Shown here: positions 1 to 11,939 of the stretch, in pieces
Layout of the letters: each line of letters begins with the position of its first letter
How positions within the stretch are numbered: position 1 is the stretch's first letter
NCBI GenBank assembly: GCA_951406725.2
Contig: OX597814.1
Span: forward strand, 35,898,001 to 35,962,000
Source of the DNA: Octopus vulgaris
Taxonomy: Eukaryota
DNA: 64,000 bases
Direction of reading: 5' to 3'
The notes under the pieces: generated by a model
The model's database searches: none
Told to the model about the DNA's origin: nothing
The model's input: only the letters and a program-made list of their open reading frames with translations
Position numbers and translations under genes: made by a program

Positions 1-433
1 TTTATGCCTGATAGAACTATTATTTATTGAGAAGAATCAACACTAGGATTTATAGCTGCCAAAACCCATCTCTAACCCTTTCTCTTGAAGGAAATGTTGT
101 TGCTGATTTAAAAGTACTTGTGTAATACTTGCGTACTACCCTGAAATTCCAAGGACTTGTTTGCAAGAGTTATGCAAAGTTTAACATATCCCTGAATTGA
201 TGTTCAAACAAGACTATATATGACTGGAAGTCTTTTTGAAGAGTGGTTTACAAACATTTATTTCCAAATAGGTGCAGGAGTGGCTGTGTAGTAAGTAGCT
301 TGCCTACCAACCACATGGTTCTGGGTTCAGTCCCACTGTGTAGCACTTTGGGCAAGTGTCTTCTCCTATAGCCTCAGGCTGACCAAAGCCTTGTGAGTGA
401 ATTTGGTAGATGGAATTTGAAAGAAGTTCGTCA

Positions 434-464
<31 letters not shown>

Positions 465-895
465 GTATATGTGTGTGCATATGTTTGTGTGTCTGTGTTT
501 GTCCCCCCAACATCACTTGACAACCGATGGGGGTGTGCTTATGTCCCCATAACCTTGTGATTTGGCAAAAGAGACCAATAGAATAAGTACTATGCTTCCA
601 AAGAATAAGTCTCAGGGTTGATTTGCTTGACTAAAGGCGGTGCTTCAGCATGGCCACAGTCAAATAACTGAAACAAGTAAAGGAGTAAAAGAATAAATGC
701 TACAGTGTTAGACATAGCATTTCTAACAAAGCATTACCATTTTTAGACAATGCACCAAGTCACCTAATGAATGAATTCTCAGATAATTTGAGAGTAGAAT
801 ATATCCTCAAGAATACAACATCTTTGCTCCAGTCTATTGATGATATCAAATTTTAAGATATATATCATCTGAGAAGAACTTTCAAATAATTTATG
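1..895 (+). mobile_element. Degenerate pogo/Tigger (DDE_1) transposase relic, interrupted by a SINE
   Basis: Broken reading frames give MPDRT..GF.AAK, LFEEWF, LDNAPSH (ttagacaatgcaccaagtcac) and KNTTSLLQ, which are typical pogo/Tigger DDE_1 motifs. Confidence 0.7.
271..695 (+). mobile_element. tRNA-derived SINE family A, full length
   Basis: A box (tggctgtgtagt), B box (ggttcagtccc), internal (TA)n/(TG)n tract and a tail ggcggtgc..catggccacagtcaaataactgaaacaagtaaa. More than 12 copies occur in the window. Confidence 0.9.
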
Positions 896-1224
896 AAAGT
901 AATTGACTAGGGGAAATGTTGTTGCTGATTTAAAAATACTTGTGTAATACTTGCGTACTATCCTGAAATTCCAAGGACTTGTTTGTAAGAGTTATGCAAA
1001 GTTTAACATATCCCTGACAAAAATCCGTGATGGATTTTTGTCAGTGAACAGGTCGCGGATTTTAGCGACGAAAATATTTTGACAAATTAAACTTAAATGT
1101 TGAAGTGAATCGAACGGCTTTTGTGTGTTTCTTAAATGGCTTACAAACACCTACCACGCTGCAATTGTTATTGTACTATGTATGTTTAGAAATTACTTGC
1201 TTTAATTGTTTTCTTTTATTTCCT

Positions 1225-1965
1225 TTTCTTTTTCTTGTTTCAGTCATTAGATTGTACCTTGAAGCATTTCTAGGTGAATGAATCAACCCAAGTCCATCTT
1301 TTAAACCTGGCAATTATTCTATTGATCTTTTTTACCAAACCACTACGTTACATGGACATAAACACACCAATACCAGTTGTCAAGCAGTGGCGGGGGACAA
1401 ACACAGACACACATGCACACAGACACACATGCACACATACACACTCACACATGATGATGATCATCATCATCATTGTTTAACGTCCGCTTTTCATGCTCGC
1501 ATGGGTTGGACGATTTGACTGAGGTCTGGCAAACCAGATGGCTGCACCAGACTCCAATCTGATCTGGCAGAGCTTCTACTGCTGGATGCCCTTCCTAATG
1601 CCAACAACTCCGAGAATGTAATGGGTGCTTTTACATGCTACTGACATGAGGGCCAATCAGGCGGTACTGGCAACGGCCATACTCAAATGGTGCTTTTTAT
1701 GTGCCACCAGCACAGGAGCCAGTCCAGCGGCACTGGCAACGACCTTGCTCGAATGTTTTTTCGCGTGCCACTAACACAAGTGCCAGTAAGATGACGCAGG
1801 TAACATATATGATGGGTTTCTTTCAGTTTCATCTACCAAACCCACATTCAGGGCTTTGGTCAGCCCGAGGCTATAGTAGAAAATGCTTGCCCAAGCTGCC
1901 ATGCAGTGGAATTGAACCTGGAACCATGTGGTTGGTAAACAAGCTTCTTACCTCACAGCCACGCA
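1225..1965 (-). mobile_element. SINE family A, split by an RTE 3' end
   Basis: The tail half lies at about 1225-1450 and the head half at about 1810-1965, on either side of the RTE insert. Confidence 0.8.
1461..1800 (-). mobile_element. RTE-clade LINE 3' UTR with (GAT)n tail
   Basis: (CAT)n-tgtttaacgtccgc...ctggatgcccttcctaatgcc, the same UTR that is joined to RTE coding sequence at 27645-28291. Confidence 0.8.
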
Positions 1966-2807
1966 TTGCAATTTTTATTCCAAAAAAATTTCGTTGGAAC
2001 ACATTATCACTTTATAATATGATAATTGATTGGAAAATTAATTATGATTACAGACTTTCATGTTACCATAATATTTTTAGGAATGCATTACTTTCATGAC
2101 ATGGAATATTCTTGTACACATGAGAAGTTTTAATGTTTTAATGTCTCTAAACAACAGTTCCTTCTCATTGTCATTACTAAAGATTACAAAAAAGGCCTGT
2201 TGGAGTGTAATAAGTTATATCAACAATTTGGGATTGAGAATTTTTCTCAAAGATATGGATCTAAGACGATATTGAATTACTCAGTTCTTTAGTTCTTCAT
2301 CTTATACTGAAAGTTCGTTAGCTAGAGTTTGATAATAACTCATCTATTAGGCTAATATGCCTCTAGCACTTATTCGCAGAAACACAAATATACAATCACA
2401 CACACACAACTACAAATACATCTACACATTTAAGCATGCATAAACATGTGTGTGTGTGTATTAACAATACCTCAAAGAATGAAGATTTTAAATATCAATT
2501 ATATATAAGTTGAATATAGGTAGACTTTGTAAACGAGTATTAGAAAGGATAATACCTAAGATTAGATAAATGGCTACGTTCTCTCCATTGCGTAATAGTT
2601 TGAGATGACAGACTGCTTTGGGTATAACTAGATTTATCTCTTTCAACATTAATAATTGCTACATGTCTCTAACTTTATTGTTACTACTCAAAACAATTAA
2701 TTTTGGTGTAAATAATAAAAGTTGTTTGGAATTTCAAAATGTAAGTGATTAAACAAATGCAGAAAATAGTGGTAAACTTTTAATGATTCCATTTGATCTT
2801 TCTCTTT

Positions 2808-3295
2808 AGAGTGTAGGCGAGAAAGATATGCCATAATATACATCTGGAAGATCCTGGAAGGACTTGTCTCAAACTTTGGCATCGAGAGTTACACAAATAC
2901 TAGAACTGGGCACCACTGCATAGTGTCCAAGACTCCAAATTTGCCATCAAGATGTAGGACAAGATACTGCAACAGCCTGGGCTTCAGAGGTCCACAGTTC
3001 TTCAATATCCTCCCGAAGGCCCTGAGAGACCTGCATGGGGTGGATGTAGGTCTCTTCAAACTAAAGCTGGACCTCTTCCTGTCAGGTATCCCAGATGAAC
3101 CAACTTCACGGCAGGAGGTGTAGATGAGGGCAGCTGCATCGAACTCTCTCATGCACCAAATGTCAATTGCTTAAAAGCATTCGTGAAGTAAAATTATGTA
3201 GCAACACCAAATGGCGGTGCCCCAGCATGGCCACAGCTCGTGAGCTGAAACTAGATGAAATAAAAAATGAAATAAATAAATAAAAAAATAAAAGA
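2808..3295 (+). mobile_element. 5'-truncated CR1/L2-group LINE 3' end
   Basis: Translates RRERYAIIYIWKILEGLV...SLGFRGPQFFNILPKALR...FKLKLDLFLSGIPDEP, a C-terminus typical of this LINE group, followed by a 3' hairpin and a (TAAA)n tail. Confidence 0.8.
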
Positions 3296-3614
3296 AAATC
3301 TGCAACTATTTTATTTGATATGAGTATGGAGTGGGTGTGGGGGAGCAAGTGATCCACCCATTGTTAGAAATTTTATTGTTCTATGTGTACACTGATTCAA
3401 ATTAGAGGAAATTTTCTAAAATATAGAAACAGCTCCATGCTAAGAAGAAAGCTGGTTGACAATGACAAATTTGTCCATGTGATTCTTTTTTGTTAGATTC
3501 CAAATTTTCATTCACATTGGATACTAACTTATCTATGGAGAATTTCTTGGATGTGAACCTGAATCAATCTGATACCTAATTTCATCCTTCTAGAAAATAT
3601 GAGATTATTAATTG

Positions 3615-3832
3615 CGAGGGTGTGCTGAAACATTCCTGTCTATAAGGGTATTGAAAAAGACCCGGTTGGAGGTCCAACCTTCTGAGTTCTTTAAATGGGG
3701 CTTAGAAAAGCTGAAGCACTCCTGCAATAAGTGTGTGAATTGAATAGAGGAATATGTTGAATAAATTCATAATCAACTGATCCTCCTGTATTTTCTTTAA
3801 CCCAAAGCCAGGAACTTTTCAGCACCCCCTCA
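3615..3832 (+). mobile_element. mariner-derived MITE
   Basis: TIRs cgagggtgtgctgaaacattcc / ggaacttttcagcaccccctc. The internal aagtgtgtgaattgaatagaggaatatgttgaataa resembles the mariner C-terminus KCV...GEYVE*. Confidence 0.75.
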
Positions 3833-4324
3833 TACACCAATAAATCTTCTAATCACCCAACTAACATCACTGAAATTCTAAATAGAAATATATCGTTGAT
3901 ATTATCTTATGTACTGAAGAACACATTTTAAAGATTATCCAATTATAATGAGGCACTAATTTGAAGTGTATTAAAGAATAAGTGGCACGTTATTAATTAC
4001 AAGCATAGAATAAGAAATATAGTTAGCGTCTAAGTATATTCGTTCGTATAATCCAACAATCAAAAATTTTTTCAAATTTTCCAAGTATAACTTCTCATTA
4101 AGTCATATACTACATTTGATGAATAATTATATAATTGTAATTGAAAATCTTAACTGAATACTTCAATTTGGAATTTATTTAATTTGGAGATCGTTTCGTC
4201 CATGAATATACAGAGAATTTCAGGGTAAAAAACTTTGTATAAAGTGGAGAGCAGTAAGGACAATGACTTATCTTGGAAGAACTTGCTTCTTATGTTGGTC
4301 TGTCTTGATATTAATGACCATTCT

Positions 4325-4765
4325 GGAGGTGAGCTGAAAGACTAATTAGCTTGTCAGATAGAATGCCTAATGGTATTTCATCCATATTTGTGCTCACATT
4401 TCAAATTCTGCCATGGTCAACTTTGCCTTTCATCTTTTGGGGTCAATAAAGTAAGTTCCTGTAAGGCACTGGGGTTAATGTAATTGACTATCCCCTGGTC
4501 ACAAAATTTCAGGCTTTGTACCTATAACAGAAAGCCATATTAACGACCAATCTAGTGGAGAGCTGGCAGAATCGTTAGCACACAACACAGGACAAAAGGC
4601 ATAACAGTATCTCATCCATCTTTATGTTCTGGGTTCAAATTCTGACATGGTTAATTTTGCCTTTCATCTTTCTGGGTTTGATAAAATAAGTATCAGTTTA
4701 GCACTGTTGTCTTTAATTGACTAGCCCAAATCCCATGCCTTTTGCCTAAAGCAAAAACGCTATTA
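4325..4765 (+). mobile_element. Two tandem SINE family B copies (Meta-domain-like core)
   Basis: Each has a gagctggcagaatc-type head, a gttcaaattc B box and the core ctttgcctttcatc..gggtcaataaa. The copies are separated by a repeated tattaa(c/t)gacca. Confidence 0.75.
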
Positions 4766-5445
4766 ACGGCGATTTTGCATTGTGGAAATTCAGAGTGATT
4801 CTCTAGAACTTCCTGTTGCCATGTGATGAATTTGATATTGTTCCCAAACTCTACTTGAGATTCATCTCATTCATCTCTGCAATATGACTTATAGATTGCA
4901 CCTTTTCAATAGATTTATATTGCATATTTTTCCATTACTTCTACTCCTACATCTCTTCTTTTCTGTTGATAACTGATTGTTTTTGTCAAGTCTTCTTGAT
5001 GATTGATGGAGGTGATGATCTGGTACAATGTTAGAAGACAGGCCATGGTTCTGTAATTTGTTGAGTTCTGTCATTGAGAGATGGTGGCACACCATGTTAA
5101 CCATCAGAACATTTCTCTGGATTTGTGATGATATAAGCTTAAGTATTGTCTTTGTGGATGATGGAGATTATTGATCCAGAAGTTGGCAATTCCTTTTATC
5201 CTAGGTGCATGATAATTATTAGGCTTGTAATTTTGAGGGCAAACACTCTAGGTTCTTTATAGGTTTGTGTTTTTCCTGTTGTTGTCGGATTTACACAGTT
5301 CTTTCATCCAGACTTTTGTTCTTCAATCTGATCATACACCAAATGTTCTTGATTTCTTTAAAAATTATTATTTTTTACCTTGCTCATGGTAGAATGTTTT
5401 GACATCTTTTTTAAAGACCTTATTTTTTCTGCAGAACTTGTCGCA

Positions 5446-5775
5446 TACTCTTTTACTCTTTTACTTGTTTCAGTCACTAGACTGTGGCCAAATCGATTCC
5501 AGGACTTATTCTTTGTAAGCCTAGTACTTATTTATTTCTTTATTGCCCACAAGGAGCTAAACATAATGAAGACAAACAAGGACACACACACGTACATATA
5601 TATATATATATATATATATACCTACATATTCGACGGGTTTCTTTCAGTTTCCGTCTACTAAATCAACTCACAAGGCTTTGGTAAGCCCGAGGCTATAGTA
5701 GGTGTCATGCAGTGGGACTGAACCTGGAACCATATGGTTAGTAAGCAAGCTACTTACCACACAGCCACTCCTATA
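5446..5775 (-). mobile_element. Chimeric SINE family A carrying a Tx1-like tail fragment at about 5531-5582
   Basis: SINE A tail and head are present, but the middle is replaced by ctttattgcccacaaggagctaaaca. Confidence 0.75.
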
Positions 5776-6005
5776 CATGGTCAAATCTTCTGAGCTTCTT
5801 TACCTTTGCTTGAATTTATCACTTCAGTGTTTCTTTAGCAAATGGTATATCATCGTTTTGCTTAATTTTGAGCTTTCATTCCAGTTGTTTGCTTTTCTCT
5901 GATTGGTGGTTCTCAACTTCACTATCAGCATCATTGTCATTATTATTACCATTATCATTATTATGATATGATGCTGGTTATCATTATGTCACTGAACATT
6001 ATTGT

Positions 6006-6562
6006 TGAGTGACAGAGCCACGCATGCCATCAAAGTGACTCTGAGGTAAAATATACGAAGCCCAATGTATCCATCATGACTACCAGTCTGATAAGGGTAC
6101 ACTAGGCACATACATCATAATCATATGTGTGCAACATGGTGATCTCATACCAAGATTAACAGTCTGTGACCTTACAGGTGGGGTCCGGTTAGAATTTCCT
6201 TCAGCTCAAGTAGCCCATCCTATTGAAACAGTTCCTGAATCAGGGTTGTTTAAGGATGTTGAACAAGACCCCCATGTTTCCAGAGATGGATTATTCATAC
6301 CCCAAAGAATTCTTCTCAGCACATAGCAATGATGCTCCCCCACTACTTCTACTCATAATCAGGGATGCACAAATCGCCAGCCACTAAGAGACATGCTCAA
6401 CTGGTTAAGGTCAAACAACTGGCAAGCAAATATGTGGTATTGAGCAGAACATTTTGTTGTAGCCCATCTTTTATACTAAGGCAAAACAATGTACATGATA
6501 ACACTTCCAATCAGTTAAAATCAAAAGCCATGAGAGCTGCTGCCTGGTACTGCATCAGGGCA
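6006..6562 (-). mobile_element. 560-bp non-coding interspersed element D, full length
   Basis: Collinear with 51049-51604 and 22598-22912; flanked by ATT/ATC microsatellite. Confidence 0.85.
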
Positions 6563-6625
6563 TCAAAAGCCATGGGAGCAACTATTATTATCATCATCAT
6601 CATCATCATCATCATTATTATTATA

Positions 6626-6666
<41 letters not shown>

Positions 6667-6803
6667 CATCATCATCATCATCATCATTGTTATATGGGCT
6701 TCCTTGCAAAATGCCATGCAATAACCCCTGCCATTTGAAATTAATACCTGACCAGTATCATCTTCACTTTTCATCCTTTCAAAATTGATAAAATAACTAC
6801 TTC

Positions 6804-6836
<33 letters not shown>

Positions 6837-7489
6837 AAGTAGTAGTGGTGGTGGTGGTGGTGGTGGTGGTGGTGGCAGCGGTGGTGGCAGTGCTGGGGGT
6901 AGTAGTATTAGTAGTTGTGTTGTTTGTCATAATCACAGGTGAAATAGCTGAAAGGGTTAAGAGAAAATCATCCAGTGAAACTGGGCTACCACATACATGG
7001 GGAACACAATAACCTGTAACTAATGAGAAACTGAGCATAAATTGCTGTTGTAAACTTTTGTTAGCTTTCTCTGTTCAAACTGACCATGTAAAAGAAGCAT
7101 GGCGACCGGATGTTATCTTAATAGATAAAAAAAGAAACAAAGCATATAAGATTAGAGAATGTTCTATACCATATTATTACAAAACTCAAAAGCAATAGAA
7201 TTAGAAGTGATTGGATTTAAAGCAGACAAGTTTTGAAACATGTGCAAGAGAGATATCCGTGTTGTCATGGCATCACCGAAAGCAAAAGGGAAAAGCAGAC
7301 AATCAAAAGACAAAAGAGACTTTGAATAGAGATCAGGATAGTGGAATTTCAGAACACTTTTATCTTCTGTTTTCACAACAATCCTTTGCAAAAACAGCTA
7401 AGAGCTGAAAATATATGTTGTTACAAAATCGGCTGTAGACACATAAGTAGAATGGAACTATATGCTGCTGCCACCACCACCGCCGCCGT

Positions 7490-7782
<293 letters not shown>

Positions 7783-7783
<1 letters not shown>

Positions 7784-7864
7784 TGCATACTATGAGTTTC
7801 TTTGCCCTAGGAGTCAGGAAGACACTTGGCAAGAAATGGAAGCAAATTTGAAAGAAAAAAAAGG

Positions 7865-7865
<1 letters not shown>
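7783..7865 (+). mobile_element. Extremely 5'-truncated Dong/R4 3' end in (TAA)n
   Basis: Near-identical to 24981-25062, with (TAA)n on both sides. Confidence 0.85.
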
Positions 7866-7917
<52 letters not shown>

Positions 7918-9417
7918 CGTTTATTTTTATTTGCCTCACATGCTTGAAAAGATAAGAAAAGATGCAAATCTTTCGCTAAGGGTTCCTAAGAAAGAAAGAA
8001 TAATGTAGAGTGTGCAGAAGAAACACATTTACAAACTATGAAAGTAGAAATTAAGGGACATTATGCAATATATGGAAGTGATTGTTAACAATTTTAAAAG
8101 GTAGACATACACAAATATACATGCCCACATATGCACGCACATGCACTCACACACACATACATGTACACAGATGCACAGTCATGCATACACACGTATTTTC
8201 AAAGGAAATAAATAAATAATAGAAAAAACACAATAATTAAAATGGGATATAATTTAAAAAAAGAGACCTGGAAGATTTTTTAGGCTAGGTTCAGTTGGGT
8301 ACTCTACAACAACATTCAATTAATTGCGTTTGAGTGCATGCAAATGCACCATTAAGCAGCTTTGAAAAGCTATTTGGGTATTCTTTTTTATCATATTGCT
8401 TTATTTCATTTCAGCCCCTTCATCTTCTACATTATTTTTTTTGAAGAAGAATTTTGTTGTCGTATACGAGAAATTGTTCTTCTTCACCTGTTGTTTTATG
8501 CTGTGTATTTTGTCAGTGAATTCATCCTTTTCTCCCACTGTAATTCCATTAGTAATAATATATTTTTACTCATCATGCCACGAAGGTGTGTTACAACAGT
8601 TTTGTACTATGATTTGCAAGTCTGATTTGACACTCTTTGCTCAAGGTCACCTTTTGTTAAGCTCTCTTTGATTACTTTCTTATACTGCAACACAAAAGTC
8701 ACTACTAGCTTTAGATTTTCCTCATATCCAATGTCTCAATTATCACTTGTACAAGGTACAAATATATAACTGGGCAATTTCAGCTTATACTTTGGTTGCA
8801 TCTTCTGTTTAAAGGAGCAAGTAATACCATAACTTTTGCACTTTTTAACAGAGATATTTCTCCCAATATGTTGTTTGTTCCTTCTCGATCCACACCTGAC
8901 TCATAAGGGCCATTTTCCTGGTTTCCTTGGAGTATAGGTTCCCCACCAGGACACCTGCGAAATCAACACCAGAAAGTTTACAAATTATAAAATATAAATG
9001 GAAAACAGTAAGTACATAAATTGAGTAATTATGCATACATTCGAATGTCTACACAATCACACATGCATTTTAATGCCCATACTACTACACATACATCCCA
9101 ATGTTTACACAACTATGTAAAATTTACAGGACACACATACAGGCATGTGAAAACATGTCACAAACGAAGCAAAAACAAAACAAATTTTTATTTTTTGAAC
9201 TAACACAGAGTGAACAATTCATAAGTTTAAAATGACCACAAAAAACTATGCCCAGAGATAAATCTATCAACAAGAAAAATATAGATGAATACAGTTCTGT
9301 TACCTTTAAGAAGCTACATTACGAGCAATGTTTTTATGCAGAGAACTTGGAGGTGGTGTTGCTTCAAAAAATTAACCCTAAACAAATAGATCCGTCCCCT
9401 AATGTCAACGTCCAAGC

Positions 9418-11650
9418 TTGTCATGCCTTAATGATAACAAAGCAAAATACAAACTGGATCTGTTGTCACCAGAGAACCAAGGACCACGTGCTCAAATGAT
9501 GAATGAGATTCGATACAAAAAATCAGTGACTGGTTCAAATCTTCCTGAAACACAGGAGTTGGAAGTACTCCACAAATGGAATATTCCAACAGATGGCCAT
9601 CCATGCTCGTCATCAAATAACCAAAAGAAAAAGAATAAAAAATGGTCTAGGGGAGATAATAAAAAAGTTCTTACAGCTTTCTATCATACCATAAATTTTC
9701 CCACAAATAAATCTAGTACTGTACAAACCTACTTAAACTGGAGACAAACACTCTGAAGTAAAACCCTACATAGGCAGTAACAAACTTGCCAACTTCAGAA
9801 GAAACATTATGAAAAAGAAAATACTAACTGAAATAGAGATTGACCAAATTAAACAATCAGTAAAGGATAAAAAGAATGAAGCTGCAGCTAAAGAAGATAC
9901 TACAGAGGAAATAATTATAGACCAGCCCAGGGCTGATGAAAATGCAATAATGATTGAAAGAATTAATGTAACTGAAAAGCAAAGTGAAATAATCTCTGAA
10001 CCAATTATAAACACTAAGGCAGATGAAAATCAAATGGACGAAGAAAGTCACACAGAAATTGACCCTATAGGACTACATGATCTAAAAAATCAAATCATGA
10101 TTGAATAGCTGAAAATTAAAGAAACCAGTACGAATGAACGTGACACTCCCAAAAATTCGCAATTCTACCCAAAACCTGAAAATAATTGGTAAAATACAGC
10201 TTGCACTTAAGGATGTAATTTCAGCTAAAAATGTTGATATTACAGATCTCAACCACCTGTTCTATGCATCCATGAAAATCTCAATGATTCTGTCATGAAA
10301 AGATTAGAAATTGATAACATTCCCATGAAAAACCTACTTGGTAAGAGTGTATTCAACACCAAATTCAGCTACTTAGATCTGACAAAGAATGTTTAAAAAG
10401 CCTTAAGTTTGACAAGACTATCAAACCAACAAAAATCCGAAAATTAAAGCAAAAATATAGTATGAAAGCCATATTTGACATCGAAGCCACCATAGCAACC
10501 ACCAAACAAAAGGTATGTTCTAAAGCTGCCCGCTTAGCAGGGTATGAAAACCGCGTTAGATTCTTCAAGGACAACAGGCTCAAAAATAACCCAAACATTT
10601 TTTATAGGAAGATAGGGAAAATACCAGTTACAGTAAAGTTTATCCCATCAAAAGAAGTGCAGGAATTTTGGAATAAAATTTGGACAGATGAAAAAACATA
10701 CAATGAAAAGGCTCCTTGGATTGATAGAATATCTAGACTTAGATTCCTTAGAAGAGCAAAAGTGGGAGGGTATCAAGGTAGAGGATATAAGATCTGCTCT
10801 CAGCAAGTCAAGCAAATAGAAGTCTCCAAGAAAGGATAAAATTCCTATCTTCTGGTCGAATGCCTACCCAGAGAGCTATGAACTGCTAACAAAACTTTAC
10901 AACAATATTTTGCAACAACCTAGTATGATTCTCTCTTGGGTAGTTAATAGTGTACCATTCCTACTTTTAAAAAAGGAAGAAACAAATGAACCAAAAAATT
11001 ATAGACCCATAATCTACTTAACAACAATATATAGAATGCTAACATCTGTCTTGACTGAATATACCTATAGTTTTTTAATAGACAGTGGCATATTCCTTAA
11101 TGAGCAGAAAGGATGTAAACATGAGTCCTGTGGTGGTAAAGATAAGCTACTCATCGATAAGATGATCTTGAAGATTGTCACAAATGACACAAAAACTTGT
11201 TGATAGCTAGGATAGACTATAAAAAAGCTTTTGATAGTCTACTACATAAATGGATTTAGAAATATCTGGAAATGTATAAAATAGCACCTACTCTGCAAAA
11301 CTTCTTGTCTGTAAGTATGAGATTATGGAGAACCACACTGACTTTGAACAGTGACAATGAATCTCTTAATGCTGGAGATGTAAGAATTTCATGTGGCATT
11401 TTCTAGGGTGACTCTCTATCACAACTCCTCTTTTGTCTAGCCTTAATACCTCTCTCAAAATTGCTCAATGATGTACAATATGGTTATAAAATGTTTGATA
11501 AAAATATAAATCATCTCATTTACATAGATGATTTGAAGCTCTTTGCAAAAAAATGGCCAACAACTACAAGGCTTACTAGCGATTGTTAAATAATTTAGTG
11601 ATAATATTAGGATGCAATTTGGCCTCAATAAATATACAAAACCTACCATT
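9418..11650 (+). mobile_element. Dong/R4 LINE relic, N-terminal region plus RT
   Basis: KWSRGDNKKVL, LTEIEIDQIK, FWNKIW, NYRPIIYLTTIY, EQKGC, DYKKAFDSL, GIF*GDSLS and HLIYIDDLKLF, with many stops. Confidence 0.85.
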
Positions 11651-11939
11651 AAATTGCTTTCTCTTCCCATTTCTAATGTGTCCCACAGCTGGCATTTCCA
11701 CTGCTCGGACAGGTGTTGGTTTGCTAAACCACCGATCACAGGTGCCAGACGAGGCTGGCAGACGGCCACGCTCGGATGTTATTTCTTTGTAAACTTCACC
11801 ATTCTACTCTGATATTTTTTTTATAAATAGATGGTCATTGACAGTCATCTTTGTCAATTACAGTAAAAATTTCTGAAGATTGAAATTTTCAGTATGAAAA
11901 TAATCTAAAATTGTTAAGGAATTAAAACCCACAGATATT

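Larger units (their letters stand above)
4200..5900 (-). mobile_element. Highly decayed Dong/R4 LINE RT relic with nested SINEs
   Basis: Minus-strand remnants of APG.D.I.NFWI, NYRTMACL and IRSKFFQDKSLS (cf. GIFQGDSLS). Confidence 0.55.

Noticed and set aside
304-516. Recurrent ORF family ending GLNPEPCGW or GTEPGTMWLV
   Set aside because: These are antisense translations of SINE A, not a gene family.
11655-11792. Apparent terminal exon (cccacag acceptor; GISTARTGVGLLNHRSQVPDEAGRRPRSDVISL*)
   Set aside because: The 3' half (gtgccagacgaggctggcagacggccacg) matches the RTE UTR module at about 27829-27860, and the segment sits between LINE relics, so it is likely repeat-derived.
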